Shown here: positions 1 through 12,830 of the stretch, one piece after another
Layout of the letters: each line of letters opens with the position of its first letter
Numbering within the stretch: the first letter of the stretch is position 1
Assembly (NCBI RefSeq): GCF_006345805.1
Contig: NC_043001.1
Span: 90,334,001-90,398,000 of the forward strand
Reading direction: 5' to 3'
DNA: 64,000 nucleotides
DNA from: Octopus sinensis
Lineage: Eukaryota
Position numbers and translations under genes: made by a program
The notes under the pieces: model-generated
Seen by the model: only the letters and a program-made list of their open reading frames with translations
Database searches by the model: none
What the model was told of the DNA's origin: nothing

Positions 1-19
1 CATTGCATCTCCACACACA

Positions 20-59
<40 letters not shown>

Positions 60-69
60 GAGAAGAAGA

Positions 70-416
70 AACCACCTTCGGTCATGAATGACCATGGGAT
101 TGCACCTAGAAAGTTACCCTCTGAGATACAAGTCCGGGCAAGGTTGTTTGTGGAAGGCCAGCAGACGCCCATGCATACCAGTCTCCCTTCTCCACACCAC
201 AGATATTATCCAAGGGAAAAGGCAATGGCCGATACAGCTTGCCACCAGTGTTGTTGCAACTCATTTCTACAGCTGAGTGAACTGGAGCAACGTGAAATAA
301 AGTGTCTTGCTCACGAACACAACACGCAGCCCGGTCCGGGATTCGAGCTCGCAACACGCAGCCCGGTCCGGGATTCGAGCTCACAACCTCACGATCGTAA
401 GCTCGACGCTCTAACC
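70..416 (-). mobile_element. tRNA-derived SINE, family A (CORE-like central domain)
   Basis: Minus strand starts GGTTAGAGCGTCGAGCTTACGATCGTGAGGTTGTGAGCTCGAATCCC (tRNA-like), then a CORE-like block (GAGCAAGACACTTTATTTCACGTTGCTCCAGTTCACTCAGCTGTAGAAATGAG). A homologous copy lies at 10586-10898 and the same tail at ~54950-55110. Confidence 0.85.
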
Positions 417-600
417 TCTATATGTATGTATATATATATATAGCAGACATCATTAATTATACAAGTACCTTCGGCACCGTCATACTGCACTTCAATAGTA
501 TAGTAATCCACTAGTTCGATTCGGCTACCTGCGAAACTTTAATTCGCATAGAGTCGAATGCATAGATACATACGTACACACACATACTTATATATATATA

Positions 601-832
601 TCGTGGCTATTGTGCAAAAATGTCGTAAGTCCAGAAAAGGAAAAAATAGCTCCACTATTCCATAGCAAAACTCTTGTACTACAATTTGACAATTCTTGAT
701 ATCCAGGGATCTGAAGTAGCTGGAGATATGGTAGCTTGATCAATAGAACCGGCTGTTGCAAGCAAAAATAAATATTGAAAATACGCATTTGGCCAAATTT
801 GGATATACGGCTGTTTAGCATAATAGCAACGA
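601..832. mobile_element. TA-flanked MITE, probably Tc1/mariner-derived
   Basis: 19-bp imperfect TIRs (TCGTGGCTATTGTGCAAAA vs revcomp TCGTTGCTATTATGCTAAA), TA on both sides. A second partial copy at ~17420-17541 ends at the same terminus. Confidence 0.55.
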
Positions 833-890
833 TATATGTGTGCGTGGGTGTGTCTGTCTGTCTTTGTGAGTGAGTGTGTGTGTGTATGTA

Positions 891-1338
891 CAATTATAAA
901 CAAGGACAAAAGAAAAAGATTTCTATGCCAATATGCTGAGAATAGACTTTAAATCGCCAATCACCACATACTTGCTTCTGCTTTTTTTCCATGGGTGCGT
1001 GTAAGTATTTCATTTATTTCTTATCGTATTCTCTACTGAAGAGGGGAAAATCCGTTGGATTAATTCCAAAATTGATTCAATATAGAGATAACGAAGTTTT
1101 TAAAAAAATTCTGTTAGTTTGCCTTCCTCGATTTCAGCACGACGTGTATTCATGGTGAATGTATATTGTAATGTGGTGATTGACGATTTAAAGTCTATTC
1201 TCAGCATATTGGCATAGAAATTTTTTTTTTTCTTTTTCCCTTGTTTATAATTGTTTATAATTTTCACCTTTAAAGGTATATAAATATGCTGGCCACTTTG
1301 ATGGAATTTTCGGAATAAAATTTTATCCTATATTAGAA

Positions 1339-1340
<2 letters not shown>
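891..1340. mobile_element. Fold-back PLE-derived mini-element with a hammerhead in the loop
   Basis: ~80-bp inverted arms at 891-969 and 1171-1253. The spacer contains an HHR motif. The tail 1262-1335 is homologous (inverted) to 50761-50830. Confidence 0.7.
1030..1088 (+). ncRNA. Minimal type-I hammerhead ribozyme motif (G12A-degenerate)
   Basis: tctcta CTGAAGA [ggggaaaatccgttggattaattcc stem II] AAAA ttga-t-tcaa TA tagaga. Stem I is 6 bp. The GAAA core reads AAAA, consistent with CpG decay. Confidence 0.7.
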
Positions 1341-1374
<34 letters not shown>

Positions 1375-2107
1375 AAGCAGAATAATATGGTCGTAATAAC
1401 GGTTGTGTAGTTTCATGTATCAAGGTAACGTAATGTTTACTTCAGGGAATCATCTCCAGTGACAGGACAAAACACATTTAACCGTTTCAATCTATCTGGA
1501 AAGTTTACACCAGAGTAGGGAGGGGAAACTGGTAAAACTGTGGAACTGATAAGATAATCGAAGAGCTGTTAAGTTATCTATAATTCTGTGTTGGAAATAA
1601 GCCAAAGCTGTCTCAGCTTTTCTTTTTTCTTTCCAGAGAACAGAGAAATAGCAATGGCGAATCAAGTTTAGAGATCGCTATAAAAATAGCTCAGTAAGAA
1701 AATAGTATCACATATCCAGGATTTACATGAAAAAGGATATCTTTAATATAATAAATTATACGTTTGTAGCAACTGGCAGATAAACTATATTCTTTGACAT
1801 TTGATGGATATATGGGTTTGGATATTTTGATTATGGTTTGCTGAGTTTTTTTTATTTTTAATTGACGTTGAAGTCACGCAAAATATAAGATTTCTTGAAG
1901 GAAGTGGGTTCTACAGCAATTCTTTCTTGCAGCTCATTGAAGGAAATTCAGTGAAACTGATAACTGCATTAATTCCTAACAGAATTGCACATATATGTGA
2001 ATAGTTAAATAGACTGAAAGATAACAGATCGTTAAATAAAAAAATAGAATGTAGATAGGCTGCTCGATGCATAGATAGATAATTGTAGATATATAGATAG
2101 ATGGATG

Positions 2108-2195
<88 letters not shown>

Positions 2196-2234
2196 GACAG
2201 ATAGATCCAAACGTACATGTATGCACATATATTT

Positions 2235-2275
<41 letters not shown>

Positions 2276-2879
2276 TATATATATTTATATATATGATGAA
2301 GGCAATTCGTGACCAAGTAAGACCACTTAAGACTCAGTAAGCTCATGCAAGCGTTCCGAGATATCAAGAAGCTCTTGTGCGTAAATTTGATTTGAGAGGA
2401 TTTACAAATCACTGAACCCACTTTTCGGTACAATCAGTTATAGAACCAGTGTCATAACTAAGGTCGAGACAACCAAAAACCAACAGCACGTCAGACGGAA
2501 ATTCTCACGAGAACTAGGTATCTTTCATACGTGCATAAATACATACATACGTACATACACACACACGCACATACATACATAGTAACAAATAGAGAACGTC
2601 CTCGAAAGTGGCCAATTAGCAGCGTTTATATTTTCAATGTCCTGCACAGATATACTCAGACATATAGAAAACAATACAAAGATGCACTTAACACCATACA
2701 TACTCATACACAACCACTCACACACACGCACACACACACACACACACATACACACACACGTTCACATATACAAATTCTATCTCTCAGTGCGGCTGTGAAG
2801 TTGACATCAGACAATATGGATTGTGATATATAGAAGGTTAAATGAATGGAAACGGTTTTCTTGTGAACGGGGTACACAG

Positions 2880-4510
2880 GTGTAGGGTAGCTTTGATAAA
2901 CACAGAGAGCATGGTTAGTGTTGTGGATGTGGGAGGGGAGGGAAGCCACTAGTGGGACAAGGACACGGTCGGGATATTTTGAAATCAATTCCGTGGGGTA
3001 GTTACAAGCGGAGACGTTTGAGCGGCCAGGGTTGTTGGGCTTGTGGATTTTGGGAAGGAAGTAAATGGTGGGGATGCGTGGAGTGCGGACAATGAGATTA
3101 GAGGTGATGGCAGGGAGACGGGTGAAGATGAGATCATGGATAGTGGAGGACAGTCTGTTGGTAGTTAGGCGTGGGGTTGGAGGACAGAGGGCAACAGAAG
3201 GAGATGTCTTGAAGTTGGCGGAGGGTTTCAGCCTTGTAGAGGTCTGCGCCCCACAGCACCACGGCTCCATCTTTCTCAGTCGGTTTTATGATAATTTCTT
3301 TGCGGCATTGGACACATCAAGGGGCCAGGAGATCGGCTGGGGAGATGTTAAAATGTCGGAGATGCCTGCGAAAGTTAAACCAGTCCATAACACGTTGGCA
3401 GATGCTTGTAAAATGATCGACTGCTTGGAACTGGCCAGGTGCTGGCGTCCAGTGGGATGGTCGGCGGCCCAGATCGGTAAAGCAATCTTCTTCATTAGGT
3501 GCAGGTAAAGTGTTGTAGAATAGTGCATATAGCCTGACCAGGCGCACAAAGCTATGAATATCAGCACGGGTCTGATATCCGTTACTTGATGAAGTGAAGG
3601 GTGAAGTGCAGACCCCCTATTGAGAACAGAGCGCTCCGCCTCATAGAGGAGATCAGTAGGAATGGTAACAGACTGAAGTGAGGAGGGGTGGATGAGTTAT
3701 ACGTGGGAGGGGTGGTAGGGTAGTGGAAGACTGGGAGGAGAGACAGGAGGAGTAAGTGTCTAGTGGGGATGAAGTAACGGAACAGTTGGGGTGAGGGTGA
3801 GGGGTGTATCGGGGAGGGATGTGGATAAGGAAGGGGTGGGTGTAGGGGCATCGGGTGGGACAGAATGAAGGACTGAGTAGAGTTTGTGTTGTTTAGTGCG
3901 AGCGAGGAATTCGTGAAAAATGTGATATAAATGATTATGAAGCGTAAAGTGGAACGTCCAAGGAAGAGAGGAGAAAAAGGTGGAATAAGCGAGCGGGAGA
4001 AGGCGGTCGAGGGTTTGCATTTTGGAGTGATTAGAACAAATGGTGGCTCGCATAAGGCGGTAGGAAGTAGTATGGAGTGTGCGTAGGATGGTAGAAGCAG
4101 TGTGGAAAGTGGGGTGGAAATGGAGGCAGAAACCTATGGGGGTGAGGAGGTGGTGAAGGCAGCAATTGAGAAAGAAAACGTAGCTAAATAACCGTGTGTT
4201 TTTTTTAATCCGTAGGGAAAGATTAATAGAAGGTTGAAAGCAGCGGAAAAGAAGCGTGGAAAGGTGTTTCTTTGGGCGGTTGAGAAGGTGGAGGAGGAAG
4301 AATTTATAAACGGGCATGCTGGAAAAAGGAGAAAAAAGAAAAAAAGAAGAGGGAAATGCAAAATAATGACGTACGGATAAAAGTTCAAAAAATTCAAAAG
4401 TCGTGAAGAGAAGAAAACTAAAGGAAGAAAAGAAGAGAAAAAGAGAAGAAAAGAAGAGAAGACATGTGCATACATGGTTAGCTGAGATTGGTGACACCTC
4501 TCATTCGCAT
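2880..4510 (-). pseudogene. Penelope-like retroelement, N-terminal and RT palm relic
   Basis: Frameshifted fragments: FFLNCCLHHLLTPIGFCLHF, RRPSHWTPAPGQFQAVDHF, IIIKPTEKDGAVVLWGADLY (ADKGG motif) and YFLPKIHKPNNPGR..SACNYPTELISKY. Truncated before the catalytic DD. Confidence 0.85.
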
Positions 4511-5051
4511 TTACTTTGTATTGTGCAGCAATAAAAGTCATTTTCTTTTAACACTACCAATTCAAAGCTCCCAGAGTTTTATACATAAAAAAAGAATAGC
4601 TAATTATCCCGCTTAGACATATATAACAAATATGAATATAACATCTTTGCGCATGGTGAGGCAACAGCGCGTGAGGTGTTGGGAATAAAATAAATAATAA
4701 AATGTTTACACTCTTAATAGGTTCAAGTTATCACACCATAATCATGTCTATCATCGGTGCAGCAGTCGACACCACTATTGGCGTTAATCAACCACACAGC
4801 ATCTGACATCGAGATTCTTCTCATAAGATCTGACGCTGTCCAGCTTTGACGTCATCACCACTGAACTTTTGCAGTTCACTATAGCACTTCGAAATCCATT
4901 GTGCTTTTGTCACTACTCCACCGCAAATATCACCATCGCCATCTCTGACATACACTCCGTTTACATCAACACTTATATTCAATTTTATGCATAAATACAT
5001 AGATACATAAGTACATACATACATACATACATACATACATACATACATACA

Positions 5052-5084
<33 letters not shown>

Positions 5085-5133
5085 GTTCAAACATACACGT
5101 ATGTTTATACACACAGATATGTGTGTGTTGATG

Positions 5134-5167
<34 letters not shown>

Positions 5168-5171
5168 ATTT

Positions 5172-5213
<42 letters not shown>

Positions 5214-5599
5214 ACACACACGAGCGCATACGCACGCGCACACTCACACACACGACGGATCTTTCTTTTTTCGTTAGAAACCAACTCCTTCCTTACAGGA
5301 AAAATCCAGATAATTACAGGCATTTAAAACAGTGTTTTCGTATCTACGTTGGAACACTTGAAAATATATATGACGTTGAATTCTTTGATATCACAATTCT
5401 ACACGAAGTTATCGTTTTCCTCGAGCTTACTGAAACTCATGCAATATCACCCATTAATGAAATGTGCTTAAACTCAGCCATTGGCTCTGATAGATTTCTT
5501 GCAATACTCCTAAAATAATGGGAAAAGGGCTTTGGCAACAAACTCCAGATCCAATTCCAAAGCTTCATGACGAGAAGTAGACAGTTGTGGCAAAAGAGT

Positions 5600-6660
5600 C
5601 AGCAGAAGGAGGGCATAATATGCCCTTTCCATAAGAGAGAAAGCAGAACAGATATTAAAAATTATAGGCCTGTCTCTCTAACGTTACCTATCAGCAAAGC
5701 CTTGGCAAGATTTGTTAGGAGGAAGCTGAACACTTTCCTAGAAGTTAATGACTTGCTTCCTGATAAACAGCATAGCTTCCGCTCAGGAAGAAGCTGCCTT
5801 GCACAGCTGATACAGCATTATCACTGGGTATTGAAACAATTTAAGAATAGCTCAAACATAGATGTGATATATCTCGATTTTACAAAGGCCTTTGATGAGA
5901 TTCATCACAGGATGATATGCCACAAGCCGAGAGGACTCGGAATAGCTGGAAAACTTAGGAGAGTGATTACATGACTGGGAGAAAATTGGGAGAGTGGTTA
6001 GAAGTCAAGTTGTAGTAGACAATGAAGCCTTCTGCAAGGAAACATTAATAGTTAGTGGAATGCATCAGGGAATTGTCTTGGCTGCTGCTATTAGTGGTGG
6101 CCCTCTCAGATATGCTGTCAGTTATAGAGGCAGCTTCTCTTACCAGCTATGCTGCCTGCATCACTGAAACAATTAAACTACTTGGAGAGACTGAAATAAT
6201 TATGATTCTATTCCCTGGAACGAAGACAGTAGAAATATAAAATGATGTACATATGCGAGAGGTCCCGGGTTCATTTCCCAGTCGAGCCCACTCATCTTTC
6301 TTTTAAACGGCGGTGCATCAGCATGGCCGCAGATCTGAGCTGAAACTAGAGAGAAAAAAATATGTAAGATCCTTGAGTGACAGCACCATGGTGTCCAGAG
6401 ACATATCATCTCCTGAACAAAGCTAGCTCCACTGCACTGTTCCAAAGGTCCCACCCAACCCGCCTGGAATAAGGACCAGGTACTGCAATAGCTTGGGATT
6501 CAAAGGTCCACAGCTATTTAATATCTTACCAAGATAAAACCTGAGATATTTACATGGAGTCGGGATAATCTTTTTCAAGAAGCACCGTAACCCCTGTTGT
6601 CCAAGATCGCTGATGAACCAACATCACGGAAAGAACTTTAAGCAAGGGCAATAATATCAA
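5600..6660 (+). pseudogene. CR1/L2-clade LINE reverse transcriptase fragment with 3' end
   Basis: KNYRPVSLT, QHSFRSGRSCLAQL, DVIYLDFTKAFD, SGMHQG, then C-terminal RTRYCNSLGFKGPQLFNILP. Frameshifts and internal deletions. Confidence 0.85.
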
Positions 6661-6889
6661 ACTCTCTTTCATCAGCATGACCACAGTCTTTGGGCTATAA
6701 CTCATAAAAGAATAAAACATATCTATGTTTATTTACATAAACGCATTTATGTATAGCTTTACTAGAAAAAGGTTGACAATCACATCAAGTCTTTGAAGTT
6801 TCAGCTTATTGACGTTAACAAAAGTGATTAAGTTTGGTTTCTTCAAACCTTCTGCTCAATCATGTTTCATATGTGAATTGTTGTTTGTT

Positions 6890-7176
6890 CCTTCTCAAGC
6901 CATACCTGGCTTATAGGGCCGGTTTCCCGGTTTCCTTGGCGTATACGTTTTCCACCTGGACGAGACGCCGGTCCGTCGCAGGTGAGCTGCAAGAGGAAAG
7001 AGTGAGAGAAAGTTGTGGCGAAAGAATCAGCAGAAGTTCGCCATTACCTCCTGCCGGAGCCGCGTGGGGCTTAGGCGTTTCGCTCATAAACACACACATC
7101 GCCCAGTCTGAGATTCGAACCCGCGATCCCTCGACCGCGAGTCCGCTGCTCTAACCACTAGGCCATATCCCTCCAC
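6890..7176 (-). mobile_element. tRNA-derived SINE, family D head with tail type 1
   Basis: Head GGCCTAGTGGTTAGAGCAGCGGACTCGCGGTCGAGGGATCGCGGGTTCGAATC shared with copies at 25188, 49520, 54646 and 58070. Confidence 0.85.
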
Positions 7177-7527
7177 TACATATGTGAATTAAGTATGGTA
7201 TACATGAATTCGTTCGGCGGAGTAGAAGGATTTATAGAAAAAGGTGAGAAAGAAATTTAGCCGATAGCGACTAACCCAGTAGTACTTGAATTATTTTATA
7301 GACCATCAAGGAAACAACGTACTGCTTGATTCAAGAACTGAACTTACTACATTATGATTGTAAACCAGACCACAACTAAAAAGGAATTGTTATGAAAAGG
7401 AATTGTTATTTAATTGCCTAGAAATATAATTGCCAATCGTCACCCACGAGTGAGTATAGCTTCATAACATGTTATTCGTTCAGTAATTGCTGATATATAT
7501 ATATATGTTGATATATATATATATATA

Positions 7528-7564
<37 letters not shown>

Positions 7565-7918
7565 TGTGTGTGTGTGTGTGTGTGTGTGTTGGTGTGTGTG
7601 TGTGTGTGTATACACATACATATGTTTATATGTATGTACGGCAAAAATTTAGATTCAAATGAATATGGTACTTAAGTTAAAGGCACCAGAATTTGGTATG
7701 GTATTATCCCATATAAATCAAATGGGGTGATTATATTCAAAATAAGCAACAAGTATATCCAAGGTATATACAATCGTTTCATGCTACTTCATTTAATTAA
7801 AAAATGTAAGGATTACATCAATTTTAAAATGTAATACATTGTTTAATTAAATGATGTAGCATGAAACGATTGTACTACACTACCTTGGATATCCGTGTTG
7901 CTTATTTGGAACATAATC

Positions 7919-7969
<51 letters not shown>

Positions 7970-7986
7970 TGTGTGTGTGTGTGTGT

Positions 7987-8021
<35 letters not shown>

Positions 8022-8025
<4 letters not shown>

Positions 8026-8156
8026 CTTTATTACCCACAAGGGGCTAAACATAGAGGGGACAAATAAGGACAGACAAACGGATTAAGTCGATTACATCGA
8101 CCCCGAAAGGATGAAAAGCAAAGTCGACCTCGGCGGAATTTGAACTCAGAACGTCA
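8022..8156 (-). mobile_element. SINE family B fragment
   Basis: GTTCTGAGTTCAAATTCCGCCGAGGTCGACTTTGCTTTTCATCCTTTCGGGGTCGAT core plus tail, matching more than 15 other copies in the window. Confidence 0.85.
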
Positions 8157-9054
8157 AATATATATATATATATATAATATACACGCACGCAGACACGCAC
8201 ACACACATACACACACACAAACACACACACATAAATATATGTTTTGCTGCTACTGCTGTCGTTGTTCAAGTCCATGATAGAGTTAGTTCAAACTTTTAAA
8301 ATTAACATAACAAAATAGTCATTAGCTACGAAGCTGTGCTCCTGCTGCTTGCAATAAGATTTTCTTGCCATTATATACTGAATGTGAAGCCAAGCAGCTA
8401 AGTCAGGAAAACGTTTTAACCACGACACAACCTGCGCATAAGAGGTGAGATATAAACCATTTGAATTCAGCCTGGCAGTCCGACAATTCACTGATTTATT
8501 AGATGTAACCTTCGAATGTGTTCACGCTGGTATATTTCATGATTAAAATAGCAGCAGGAATCACAACTGGTCTACGACACAAGATACACTTGACGATCGT
8601 GTTGAATGATATTTGGTTGCATTGGTGTCATATAAACATGACACAACATGGTGATAGATATTTTGGTGTACTGAAAACAGTTGATGACGTGGGAGTATAT
8701 AAGGAGCATGATTATAACACCTTTTGTTCGCTTCAGAAAATCAAATGCTTTGTTTGTAGCGACCGATGAAAATAATATTTAGGTCACCAAACGAGAAGGA
8801 CAAACGTTAACAGAAAGAAAAGGTTACCAGAATGACAACAACTAGTAGATATTGATACGTAGGTGACGTAAATTATGGCTTATAGGTCGAAACAAAGGTT
8901 ATACTGTCGGAAGGTAACCCTTATGATATATGATATACATACATGCATCTCATACACCATACATGTATACATACACGTATGTATATATGTATATATATTT
9001 AAATATGTGTGCGTGTCTATATGTTATTTGTAATGCTAAATGTGTGTACATATA

Positions 9055-9432
9055 TATATCCTTTTACTTGTTGCAGCATTTTACTGCGGCCATGCTGGAG
9101 CACCGCCTTTAGTCGAACGAATCGACCCCAGGACTTATTTTTTGTAAAAGCATAATACTTATTCTATTGGGTTCTAATGTCGAACCGCATATATATAGAC
9201 ATACATACAGACATACAACCACACACACAAACATACGCACACATATATACATATATATAACCAACCGGTGTTGGTTTCTTTATGTCTCTGAAACATAGCG
9301 GTTCAGCAAAAAGTATGATATAATAAGTGCCAGTCCTGAAAAATGTAAGGGCGGATGTCGATTTGTTCGACTAAAGCCTTGAAGCGGTGTCCCACCATGG
9401 CCACTGTCCAATGATTGAAACAAGTAAAAGAA
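9055..9432. mobile_element. Two SINE family C tail fragments in opposite orientations
   Basis: GCGGCCATGCTGGAGCACCGCC...GTCGA..TCGACCCCAG motif on minus (9055-9190) and on plus (9260-9432). Confidence 0.7.
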
Positions 9433-9784
9433 AAATGGTCAATGTCCATCAAATCTAATCTACCGCCTGAAGAAAAGGAAGGATATGATGGAAAATATAA
9501 TCACGAATACATTATATTTTTAAAAATATCATAAGCAAAAGCTGTGAGAAAGAATGCAATGATCACGGCTTGAATGCCTTTAATCATAGATCTTTTCAAT
9601 CAAGGCTGACCATGAGGAAAGCAACAACAACAATAGCAATAACAACAATAACAACAGTAATATGTTAGTATGTTAGCAAACCTCTAGGAGCTTGCTTTTC
9701 TTAATTCATTGTCATGTAATAATTCACTTCATATCCATTTTATTTCAAAATACGAGCATGTAAGCATATAAACAAGTAATTATA

Positions 9785-9832
<48 letters not shown>

Positions 9833-9864
9833 TATATGCTCCCCGAAGCCTAAAGACTCTCGCG

Positions 9865-10196
9865 GCCATAAATATAAACGTTTCGCAACCACATGGCTTC
9901 GTTTCAGTCCCACTGCGTGCCACCTTGAGCAAGTGCCTTCTATTATAGCCTCGGGCCGACCAAAGACTTGTGAGTGGATTTGGTAGACGCTTACCTTTAC
10001 AGCATTTCCTAGGACCCTAAACCCGTTGATGTATGGCCTCTCTAGAAAATGAAGGAGGGAATGGCTGTGTGGTAAGTAGCTTGCTTACGAACCACATAGT
10101 TCCGGGCTCACTCCCACTGCGTGACACCTCGGGTCGACCAAAGCATTGTGAGTGGATTTGATAGATGGAAACTGAAAGCCGCCCGTCGTGTAAATG

Positions 10197-10243
<47 letters not shown>

Positions 10244-10264
10244 TACTACCGAGTAATGTAACAT

Positions 10265-10296
<32 letters not shown>

Positions 10297-10497
10297 TGTG
10301 TGTTTGTCCCCACTATCGCTTGACACCCGATGTTGATGTGTCTACGTCACCATAACTTAGCGGTTCGACATAGAGACCGATAGTATAAGTACCTGGCTTA
10401 CAAAGAATAAGTCCATGGGGCAATTTCTTCGACTAAAAGGCGGTGCTGCAGCATGGCCACAGTCAAAATGCCTGAAACAAATAAAAGAATAAACAAA
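9865..10497 (+). mobile_element. SINE family C: partial head, then complete head-microsatellite-tail copy
   Basis: Head GGCTGTGTGGTAAGTAGCTTGCTTACGAACCACATAGTTCCGGGCTCACTCCCAC (10062-10195), internal (CA)/(TA) tract, tail 10295-10497. Confidence 0.8.
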
Positions 10498-10585
10498 TAT
10501 ATATATGTATGTATTCGTGTGTCCGTGTTTGTCCCCTCCCACCTCACTACCGCCATCGCTTGAAAACCGATCTTGGTGTATGTTT

Positions 10586-10898
10586 ACCATGGGATTGCAC
10601 CTAGGAAGTTACCCTCCCAGGCACAATTCCAGGCAAAGTTGTTTATGAAAGACCAGCAGTCGCCCATGCATACTGGCCTTCCCTCTCCGCGCCACCGATG
10701 TTATCCTAGGGAAAGGCAAAGGCCGATACAGCTTGGCACCTGTGACGTCGCAACTCATTTCTACAGCTGAATGAACTGGAGCAACCTGAAATAATGTGTC
10801 TTGCTCAAGAACACAACACGCAGCCCGGTCCGGGATTCGAACTTACAACCTCGCGATCGTAAGTTCTACGCTCTAACCACTGAGCCATGCGCCTTCAC
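10586..10898 (-). mobile_element. SINE family A (CORE-like)
   Basis: Colinear homology with 70-416, including the tRNA head GTGAAGGCGCATGGCTCAGTGGTTAGAGCG. Confidence 0.85.
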
Positions 10899-11569
10899 AC
10901 ATACATATATATACATATATATACGACAGGTGACCACACAGTTTCCACCTACCAAGTTTACCCACAAGTCATTGGTCGGCTGGTGACTTTAGTAGAAGAC
11001 ACGTGCCCAAGGTTCCGCGCAGTGAGATTGACCCCGAGACCACGTAGTAACAAAGCGGTCTACTTAACCACTCAACCATGTGTACTAAAACTAATTCGAT
11101 CACGCAGAGACTTTAATTATTTCTACTCCCAGATCAAAATCAATCATTCAGAGATTTTAATTCCTGCATAGTCCAAGATCAGTCCTAATCAAAACGATCT
11201 ATGCTTAATTTTATTCCAGCAATGAACATCCTAACTTTTTAGATATCTTGGACAAAATTAACTTCTGTGCCCTTCAAGTACTTTTAATAATTATATTGCG
11301 TCCTTGGTTTGACATTTTGGCTGTTATACCCATGAGGGACAGTGAAAATAAAGGACGCCCTAGATACTCGTATTTCATCCAGCATAGGTAATACTTTCGG
11401 TGTCTTGACAACGATGTAATGTATCATTAACACAATCCGACTACTGTAATAATTCACTTGAATTTGAAACGCCTACAGCGTAATGCAAAGCATGTGTGTG
11501 CATGCTTCGTATATTGTAATTTTCATCGGATATTTAGCTGTTATATCTATGAGGAGAAATGAACGCCAA

Positions 11570-11970
11570 GTGGGTGCAGTCATACCTGTGTGGTTAAGAA
11601 GCTTGTTTTGCAGCATCGTGGTTTCGAATACAGTTCCACAGCACGACACCTTGGGATAGATTTCTATAGTTCCCGGAGGCCAATGCCTTCAGAAGGAATT
11701 TGATAGACGGAAATTATGGAAGCTCATCATGTACACGTGTGGGCGTGTACATGCGCGCGCGCGCGTGTGTGTGCTTATGTTTTTAGCCCCCTTCCCATGA
11801 CCGCTGGACAACAGATATTATTTAGTCTACGTCTTAGCAGTTCGGCAAATGTGACGATAGAATAGATATCAGGCTTGAAAAAATAAGTGCTGCGGAAGAT
11901 TTGCTTGTCTAAACCCTTCAAGGGATACCCCAGCATGGCCATAGTCTTATGAATGAAACAAATAAAAATA
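11570..11970 (+). mobile_element. Diverged SINE family C copy
   Basis: Same head / short microsatellite / tail order as 10062-10497. Confidence 0.65.
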
Positions 11971-12753
11971 TCAGATATTTGACTGTTATGTCTTAGAGGC
12001 GAAGTGAACACGAACAAGGCTCCCTCGAAGCTTATATGTCACCTAATATAGTTAATATTTTTGGTGTATTCGCAATAACGTATTGTATATGTAAACACAA
12101 TACAAGTATAATTCATTTGAATTCACAATGCCGAGAGCGAAACTTTTTCTAAAAAAATCTCAATGATCATACATAGTATTCTTTAATGTTCATCAGTTAC
12201 AAAATTACGATTGATTGAATGGACGATCGTGTCCTCAATCCCAGAGTAACGTATGGTGAGGTCTGGTTGAATTCTCTCGGGGCTCATTTCAGGAACGTAT
12301 AAATTAAAATGTTAAATTTAATTATATTTTATGTTGGTTTCAGAAAAATCATTGGATGTATGAAGAAAGAATAAGAATATTTTGTTTATATTTTCTTTTT
12401 TACTTTATTAAGTGGGTGAAAATTGATGCAGTAAGTGGAAATTATCTCAAATGATTTAGAATGAAAATTGGGTCGAGTGAGAGAGAGTTTAAAGACAGCT
12501 CGAAGCAGTTAAAACGTCAATTGTATAGCGAATACATTGTATGCGTACACATACATAACACACACACACGCACACATATTCATATATATATATATATATA
12601 TATATATGGATGGGGCGGAGTAGCATGTATTTATGTAAGCATGTATGTATGCATACATATAGGGTTGGCACATATGTGAGATATTCATTCTAGAAAATCT
12701 AAGTGGAGAATCTTAGAAATGTTTGCAAACATGAATATATATGTGTATGGCTG

Positions 12754-12830
<77 letters not shown>

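Noticed and set aside
5270-5550. PLE RT-like YDVE segment
   Set aside because: Only one short motif; not distinguishable from chance by eye.
6609-6640. CTGATGA...GAAA in the LINE tail
   Set aside because: It is the coding end of the CR1-type RT (I.DEPT); no stems form.
8320-8445. Open frame ending at a strong AG|GTGAGA donor
   Set aside because: The acceptor lacks a pyrimidine tract and the peptide is unrecognisable.
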